DNA of 32,000 nucleotides from Acaryochloris thomasi RCC1774 (GTDB taxonomy: Bacteria; Cyanobacteriota; Cyanobacteriia; Thermosynechococcales; Thermosynechococcaceae): assembly GCF_003231495.1 (NCBI RefSeq), contig NZ_PQWO01000004.1, positions 240,001-272,000 of the forward strand, written 5' to 3'. Shown one piece after another: positions 26,894 to 32,000 of this stretch; the first letter of the stretch is position 1; the number at the start of each line of letters is the position of its first letter. A program made the translations under genes and the position numbers. Below the pieces are notes generated by a model. The model made no database searches and was not told where the DNA came from. It saw only the letters and a program-made list of their open reading frames with translations.

Positions 26894-27938
26894 GCTTGGT
26901 GAGTAGATAAACGGCAAATGTCCCTACCCAATGACTGCTGGCATAGTGCTCATCGGTGATGTCAGCCCTAGTGAACTGCCAATACTGAGCTGCTTTTGCG
27001 TTCAGGTACTCTATGCGCGGATCGTCAGAGGGTAGGCCGGAACATAGTCCCTCCAGCATCCAAGCTCGGCTGAGGTGAAGTCCCCGAAAGTGCGCTTGCT
27101 GATAATTTTCGGGATTCTTGGCTGAGACAAGCTGCCACTCTCTTTGCTCTAGCGCTGATGAGGGCAAGAAATCCGTTAGCCAGTTAGCAAACGCAGCGGG
27201 CCGAAGTAGCCGTCGCATCAGATCGGCCTCTGACAGGCTAGGGGAGATGAAGTCATAGCCTAACGGTTCGAGCCAAAATGGATAATCTCGGTCCTGTCGA
27301 TAAAAGCGGCGACTCTGATCGTGAATGAGGTCGGCGAGTGCTTGATGTCCTGAGGTGCGGGTCCAGTCAAAGGCTAATCCCAACGCAAAGGCTGTATTGG
27401 CATGTACCCCCGTTCGATTCGGCTGCTCTAGGTTCTGTAGCCAGTGCTGAAAGTGGCTAGCAACAGTGGCTTCTAAGGGTTCAAGCGCCGACAGCCAGAC
27501 GGTGGCTTGCGGATCTGACCATTCGCGCAGCTCCGTCGCGAGCTGCAGGAGCCAGGCCCAGCCGTAGGGGCATTCAAACAAGGGGTGTTGCTTCAGGTAA
27601 GTCGCTTCTTGCTGCAGATTGACAGGGGTGAGGCTGCCATCGAGTGCAGTTCTCACAGAGGTCTGAAAGGATGCCTCCGGGAAGCAGCGGGCTAAGCGCA
27701 CCAGTAACCAGTGACCGTGAACCGCGGAGTGCCAGTCTAGACAGCCATAAAAAGCTGGGTGAACCTCTCGGGGAGATTTGATATCCGCTTCGCTATTGAG
27801 CCAAACTTTGCCGCTATGGGGATATTCGCGGTTAATATTGCTGAGGACAAGCTGGATGAATTGAGTTGCGATGGTCTCCAACCGGCCTGCCTCCGAGGGA
27901 GGAGCTTCGCTAACGGCTATTGCATCGTCAATGTTCAT
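26877..27938 (-). CDS. DUF2891 domain-containing protein
   Basis: REYPH......NSEADIKSPREVHPAFYGCLDWHSAVHGHWLLVRL matches my recollection of the DUF2891 signature. The start lies 27 nt downstream of the hsdR stop on the same strand. Confidence 0.6.
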   Translation of the reverse strand: MNIDDAIAVSEAPPSEAGRLETIATQFIQLVLSNINREYPHSGKVWLNSEADIKSPREVHPAFYGCLDWHSAVHGHWLLVRLARCFPEASFQTSVRTALDGSLTPVNLQQEATYLKQHPLFECPYGWAWLLQLATELREWSDPQATVWLSALEPLEATVASHFQHWLQNLEQPNRTGVHANTAFALGLAFDWTRTSGHQALADLIHDQSRRFYRQDRDYPFWLEPLGYDFISPSLSEADLMRRLLRPAAFANWLTDFLPSSALEQREWQLVSAKNPENYQQAHFRGLHLSRAWMLEGLCSGLPSDDPRIEYLNAKAAQYWQFTRADITDEHYASSHWVGTFAVYLLTKRGLHH

Positions 27939-27965
27939 ATTTACCCCGCACCATCCCTGTCCAAA

Positions 27966-30900
27966 TCACTCTCTATCCTGTCGCTTATGAATTTGATGAT
28001 AGACGGCCTGCATTAAATACTGGGCCGCGATTTTATGAAAACCCTCATCGTTCATGAGATGGAGAAAGATGTCTTCGTTGTCTTCCATACGTTCGATGAA
28101 GAGGGATTCGAGCAGCTTATAAAAGACAGGGGCGAAGTTCTCAATGGTATTGGCCTCAGCAGCCTGCTGAATTTGAGTGTTGGTGATTGCGACTTCGCGA
28201 ATTTGCTCGAAGAAGAGCTGATCGGCTGGGGTGAAGTCTGTGCCAAAGCGATCGTTGAGCTTGTCCACGAGGGTTGAGAGCAGAACGTCTTCATCAGCTT
28301 GGCCTGTACCGACTTCTTTGGGACCATAGAGACCTTCAGCTTCCCCTGCTTTGAGGCTGATTGCACCCTCGCTAATTTTTTGGAGGCGATAGTATTTGAG
28401 TTCAACCTCATCGTCAACGTTGATTTGGGTACTGTCTGGCGTGCGGGGAAGCTTGGTGAGCAGGTAGCGGCCAAAGGTATACAGCTTTTCTAAATCGGAG
28501 TCTTGGTAGGGAATAATTTGAGAGAGGAAGAGATAAAGGTTCCGAAAGCTGGCTAATTGGCTTTTGAACAGGGCTTGATCCTCTTCTGTAAGGGTCAGGT
28601 ACTGTTCAACGACCTGATCGAGGATGCTGTTGAGCTGCTTGTGTTCGCGGCCAGTGGGATTGATGCGATCGCAAAACCAGATCTTGCACCAGCGATTAAT
28701 ATCATCGTCATCATAAAGCTGCCATTGACTAAGGCGATAGGCTAAATCATTAAGCTGTTGCGGATCAGACTGCCCACCAATGGGAGTCATTTCATAGTAG
28801 GGCTTGAAGGCAGCATAGATTTCATCAGGATCGTTCACAAAGTCGAGGACAAAGGTATCGGTTTTGCCTCGGGTGGTGCGATTGAGTCGCGAAAGGGTCT
28901 GCACTGCTTGAATATTAGCCAGCCGCTTATCGACGTACATTGTGTGCAACAGCGGCTGGTCAAATCCGGTTTGGTATTTTTCGGCCACCAGCAGCACCTG
29001 GTATTCTTCCGTGTCAAACTTTTCCCGCAGTTCAGCTTCTTTGACGCCGTTGTTCATCCCAACTTCGGTAAATTTCTGGTTGGGATAGTCTTTGAGAGCG
29101 ACTTCACCCGAGAAAGCCACGAGGGATTTCACGTCGGTGTAGCCTTTGTCTTTGATGTACTGATCAAAGGCTAGCTTGTAGCGGACGGCATGTTCGCGAG
29201 AGCTGGTGACCACCATCGCCTTGGCCCGACCGCCAATTTTGTGGCGGGTGTGGGTGCGGAAATGCTCCACCATGATTTCTACTTTTTGGGCAATGTTGTA
29301 GTCATGTAGATCGACAAAGCGGGCTAGGGCGCGGGCAGCTTTGCGGCGGGGAACTTCAGGATCCTCTTCAATGGCTTGGACAAGTTCGTAATAGCGCTGG
29401 TAGCAGGCGTAGTGGGCCAGGACATCCATAATGAAATTCTCTTCAATGGCCTGCCGCATACTGTAGAGATGAAAGGGGGACTGGCCGCTGTCTCCGGGTT
29501 CATCGAAGACGGCGAGGGTTTTGAATTTGGGGGTGGCGGTAAAGGCAAAGAAGCTGAGGTTGGGCTGTTTGGTGCGCTTGAGCTGTTCCCGCAGTAAATT
29601 CTCTTGGGCAACATCGCTGAGATTGTCTTCTTCGAGGTCAAGGAACTGTTCAGCAATGGCGGACTCAATGCCGTCTTTGTTGAGGATTTTGCGGAGTTCC
29701 ATCGCGGTTTCGCCACTTTGAGAGCTGTGAGCTTCATCGACGATGATGGCGAAGCGTTTGCCTTGGGTGGCAATTTCGATAGTTTGACCTTTTTTCTCTA
29801 AGGTCTGAATCGCCTGGGTAATGAAAGGGAATTTTTGGATGGTGGAAATGATAATGGGCACGCCATCAGCAAGGGCGGTGGCAAGCTGTTGAGTGTTGTC
29901 TTCGATTTTTTGGACGACGCCTTGCTTGTGTTCAAACTGGTAGATGGTGTCTTGAAGCTGTTTATCGAGGACGACGCGATCGGTGATAACAACAACGGAA
30001 TGGAAGACTTTTTGATCGTTAGTGTCATGGAGACTGGAGAGGCGATGGGCTAACCAAGCAATAGAATTAGATTTGCCAGACCCGGCGGAATGCTGAATCA
30101 GGTAGTTATGCCCAGAGCCATGTTCCCAGGCGTGGTTCGTGAGCTTACGAACGACATCGAGCTGATGGTAGCGCGGAAAAATCAGGGCTTCTCTCTGGTG
30201 GCGCTTGAGTCCTTTGGCGGTGGCAACCTTAGTTTCTTTAACTTCTAAATGGAGAAATCGCGCCAGGATACCCATGAGGCTGTCTTTGGTGAGCACCGCT
30301 TGCCACAGGTAGCTCGTGCGGACATCGCCGTCGATGGGTGGGTTCCCGGCTCCGTGGTGGTGGCCGCGATTGAAGGGCAGAAAGAAGGTGTCTTTGCCTT
30401 CGAGTTTGGTGGTCATGTAGACCCGATCGGGGTCTACGGCAAAGTGAACGAGGCAGCGCTGTTTGAAGGTAAACAGCAGTTCTTTGGGGTCGCGGTCTTT
30501 GTACTGCTGCTGGGCGTGGTCTACGGTTTGGCCGCTGGTGGGGTTTTTTAGCTCTAGGGAGGCGATGGGTAAACCATTAACGGCAATGACGAGATCGGGA
30601 ATAGCTCCGCTGGCAGTTTTGACTTGGCGAGTGAGGGTGAGGCGATTTTGGGTGTAGCGGGTGTAGGCGTCGGGGTCCATGCCGGTGTTGGGGGCAAAGT
30701 AGGCAAGGCGGACGGTTTTGCCGAAGCATTTGAAGCCGTTGCGGAGAATAGTGAGCATCCCTTTGCTCTGTAGCTCTTTGGTGAGGCTATCGAGGAGGAT
30801 GGTATCGGCGTTGTCTGGGTTGAGGGTGGTGAAGCGGGTCCAGAATTTGGGTTGGGTGGTCTGGATGAAGTGGATGATGTCGGCGGGGAAGAGGGCGCGC

Positions 30901-30995
30901 TCTTTATCGTAGTCGTGGGGGTCGCCTTTGCTGTAGCCGCCTGCGGTGGTTAGGGATTGCTCAATGGCGTCTTCAAAGTTGATTTCTTTGAGCAT
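27966..30995 (-). CDS. hsdR: Type I restriction endonuclease subunit R
   Basis: N-terminal PD-(D/E)XK region PDLVIAVNGLPIASLELKNP and a QxxxY-like AQQQYKDR. Helicase motifs QHSAGSGKS (I), IIVDEAHSSQSG (DEAH, II) and FAFTATP (III). The length of 1009 aa is typical. Confidence 0.92.
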   Translation of the reverse strand: MLKEINFEDAIEQSLTTAGGYSKGDPHDYDKERALFPADIIHFIQTTQPKFWTRFTTLNPDNADTILLDSLTKELQSKGMLTILRNGFKCFGKTVRLAYFAPNTGMDPDAYTRYTQNRLTLTRQVKTASGAIPDLVIAVNGLPIASLELKNPTSGQTVDHAQQQYKDRDPKELLFTFKQRCLVHFAVDPDRVYMTTKLEGKDTFFLPFNRGHHHGAGNPPIDGDVRTSYLWQAVLTKDSLMGILARFLHLEVKETKVATAKGLKRHQREALIFPRYHQLDVVRKLTNHAWEHGSGHNYLIQHSAGSGKSNSIAWLAHRLSSLHDTNDQKVFHSVVVITDRVVLDKQLQDTIYQFEHKQGVVQKIEDNTQQLATALADGVPIIISTIQKFPFITQAIQTLEKKGQTIEIATQGKRFAIIVDEAHSSQSGETAMELRKILNKDGIESAIAEQFLDLEEDNLSDVAQENLLREQLKRTKQPNLSFFAFTATPKFKTLAVFDEPGDSGQSPFHLYSMRQAIEENFIMDVLAHYACYQRYYELVQAIEEDPEVPRRKAARALARFVDLHDYNIAQKVEIMVEHFRTHTRHKIGGRAKAMVVTSSREHAVRYKLAFDQYIKDKGYTDVKSLVAFSGEVALKDYPNQKFTEVGMNNGVKEAELREKFDTEEYQVLLVAEKYQTGFDQPLLHTMYVDKRLANIQAVQTLSRLNRTTRGKTDTFVLDFVNDPDEIYAAFKPYYEMTPIGGQSDPQQLNDLAYRLSQWQLYDDDDINRWCKIWFCDRINPTGREHKQLNSILDQVVEQYLTLTEEDQALFKSQLASFRNLYLFLSQIIPYQDSDLEKLYTFGRYLLTKLPRTPDSTQINVDDEVELKYYRLQKISEGAISLKAGEAEGLYGPKEVGTGQADEDVLLSTLVDKLNDRFGTDFTPADQLFFEQIREVAITNTQIQQAAEANTIENFAPVFYKLLESLFIERMEDNEDIFLHLMNDEGFHKIAAQYLMQAVYHQIHKRQDRE

Positions 30996-31015
30996 GAGAA
31001 GTGACCGAAAAGGGT

Positions 31016-31378
31016 TTAACTACTTTGGGCTGGACGATTGACTCGAACGAGTTGTCCCGTTAAGTTACCTGCGCTGAGAATGGCGGCATGAATCCTCTCT
31101 GACATCCGTTGACGATTGAGATCTTCGGTACAAACGATAATACCTGCGTGGTCAGGAGAACTTTTGTGTAAACGAATGAAGTCAGCTCGATTAACAGTAA
31201 TGACTGCGCGATCAAGTGAGATCGCAAACGCTAAAACATCCTCGTCAGGAATGCGTTGATTGGCTTGTCCAGCTTCTTGAACGGTCAAGACATCATGGCC
31301 CAATTCCCGTAGATAGTCGCTGACTTTTTTGGAGAATCCTTCGTCAGCGTAGAGTCTTGCCTGATATGGTTCTGACAT
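31016..31378 (-). CDS. DUF5615 family PIN-like (Mut7-C-like) putative toxin
   Basis: ARLYADEGFSKKVSDYLRELGHDVLTVQEAGQANQRIPDEDVLAFAISLDRAVITVNRADF is the typical DUF5615 pattern. The start lies 3 nt after the DUF433 stop. Confidence 0.8.
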   Translation of the reverse strand: MSEPYQARLYADEGFSKKVSDYLRELGHDVLTVQEAGQANQRIPDEDVLAFAISLDRAVITVNRADFIRLHKSSPDHAGIIVCTEDLNRQRMSERIHAAILSAGNLTGQLVRVNRPAQSS

Positions 31379-31381
31379 TGT

Positions 31382-31708
31382 TTAGGCTGCTGCTTGCCGC
31401 TGAAGTGCGGCTTCAATTTCATCGGTATGAAGATCGGCATAGTGCCATGCATTGGTAAGGTCAGCAGCGGTCAGAGCAGGGTAATCTTCAAGTAGATCGG
31501 CTTCGGTTGCACCTTGATGGCGCAGGCTGATGAGTTGCCAAACTGTGATGCGGGTTTGACGGATACAAGCATCGCCCCCCATAACGCCTGAATTTTTTTC
31601 GATGCCAATCCAGATATCGCTAAGGCTACCTACAAGCAGTTGGATGGCCTGGGCTTTCTCTTCAGGGGTTAGGGCTAATAGTTTTTGGTGGAGCTGCTGA
31701 AGGGTCAT
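31382..31708 (-). CDS. DUF433 domain-containing putative antitoxin
   Basis: GVMGGDACIRQTRITVWQLISLRHQGATEADLLEDYPALTAADLTNAWHYA is the canonical DUF433 core. Confidence 0.8.
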   Translation of the reverse strand: MTLQQLHQKLLALTPEEKAQAIQLLVGSLSDIWIGIEKNSGVMGGDACIRQTRITVWQLISLRHQGATEADLLEDYPALTAADLTNAWHYADLHTDEIEAALQRQAAA

Positions 31709-31812
31709 CGTTTCTTGACTCTCTGCGATTGTGTGTCATAGAAGGTTTCTATCGATTTTCGGAGATTGATCAGGCTGGTGTAGATGTATATGTAGGTGCC
31801 AAGGGGAAAAGC

Positions 31813-31846
31813 TATATGTAATTTTAGGGACTCAACATTACATATA
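31813..31846. promoter_or_regulatory. Perfect 10-bp inverted repeat (14-nt spacer) upstream of the DUF433 gene; either a TA operator or a terminator for the upstream gene
   Basis: TATATGTAAT (31813-31822) pairs with ATTACATATA (31837-31846). Further ATGTA-containing repeats lie at about 31783-31798 and 31853-31860. Confidence 0.4.
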
Positions 31847-31899
31847 AACAATCTTATGTAAGGCAAGAGGCTTATTCCATAATGCGTTGAGAGTTTGGT

Positions 31900-32000
31900 T
31901 CAGATGGAAATTTCATCTAGAGGCAGTAAACCTGCATCGACATCAGGGAATTCCTCTTCAATATCGGGGAGAGTGGCCAGCAGTTCCGTTGGAGTGGGTT
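31900..32000 (-). CDS. 3' end of an unidentified gene running off the right edge; acidic C-terminal tail, antitoxin-like at best
   Basis: My own translation of the minus strand is ...PTPTELLATLPDIEEEFPDVDAGLLPLDEISI*, with the stop at 31900-31902. The gene is absent from the track because its start is outside the window. Confidence 0.35.
   Translation of the reverse strand, partial: PTPTELLATLPDIEEEFPDVDAGLLPLDEISI

Larger units (their letters stand above)
592..28672. repeat. Dispersed HIP1 palindromes (GCGATCGC), 13 perfect copies
   Basis: Copies start at 592, 2183, 3113, 4100, 14606, 16752, 17936, 18895, 20377, 23712, 24209, 25396 and 28665. Confidence 0.95.

Noticed and set aside
28035-30912. 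Numerous 60-150-aa ORFs on both strands inside hsdR
   Set aside because: They are shadow ORFs of the 1009-aa HsdR frame, whose helicase and nuclease motifs are intact throughout.
1-32000. Search for CRISPR arrays, IS terminal inverted repeats, integrases, rRNA and tRNA
   Set aside because: I saw no array of regularly spaced repeats; the only tandem repeat is the 2 x 21 bp at 26852-26893. I found no transposase or integrase ORF other than the Rpn-like gene, and no structural RNA signatures by eye. A covariance-model scan (Infernal/Rfam, tRNAscan-SE) would be needed to exclude small RNAs.

Overview
This is a cyanobacterial chromosomal segment. It carries 13 perfect HIP1 octamers (GCGATCGC) in 32 kb, roughly 55-60% GC by eye, and many cyanobacteria-typical families (DUF29, DUF4351/Rpn-like, DUF433/DUF5615, HTH-NB-ARC). 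I found no rRNA, tRNA, CRISPR array or IS element with terminal inverted repeats.

Most of the window is ordinary housekeeping or accessory coding sequence:
- a peptidoglycan amidase, a TerB-like protein and an M23 peptidase
- class III alcohol dehydrogenase
- a PhyH-type dioxygenase
- an Rpn/DUF4351 nuclease-like protein
- QueE
- a secreted trypsin-like protease with TPR repeats
- a phytase-like esterase
- an MFS transporter
- a stand-alone EF-G paralogue
- DUF72
- a di-iron desaturase-like protein
- UppS

Four things deserve attention:
1. The largest gene in the window is missing from the supplied ORF track because it runs off the left edge. It is a minus-strand FAAL-ACP-KS-AT polyketide megasynthase (1..4248), olefin-synthase-like or a lipopeptide loading module. 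A C-terminally truncated HTH-NB-ARC STAND NTPase is transcribed divergently from it.
2. A minus-strand operon at the right end (26877..32000) reads: small partial gene, DUF433 antitoxin, DUF5615 PIN-like toxin, type I restriction HsdR, DUF2891. No hsdM or hsdS is visible in the window.
3. A sharply AT-rich island of about 1.1 kb carries a stand-alone sulfotransferase.
4. A decayed, internally deleted paralogue of the protease-TPR gene carries a single in-frame TGA.

None of these can be shown to be a new system from sequence alone. The HsdR/TA/DUF2891 operon and the STAND gene are my best candidates, and both rest on inference.
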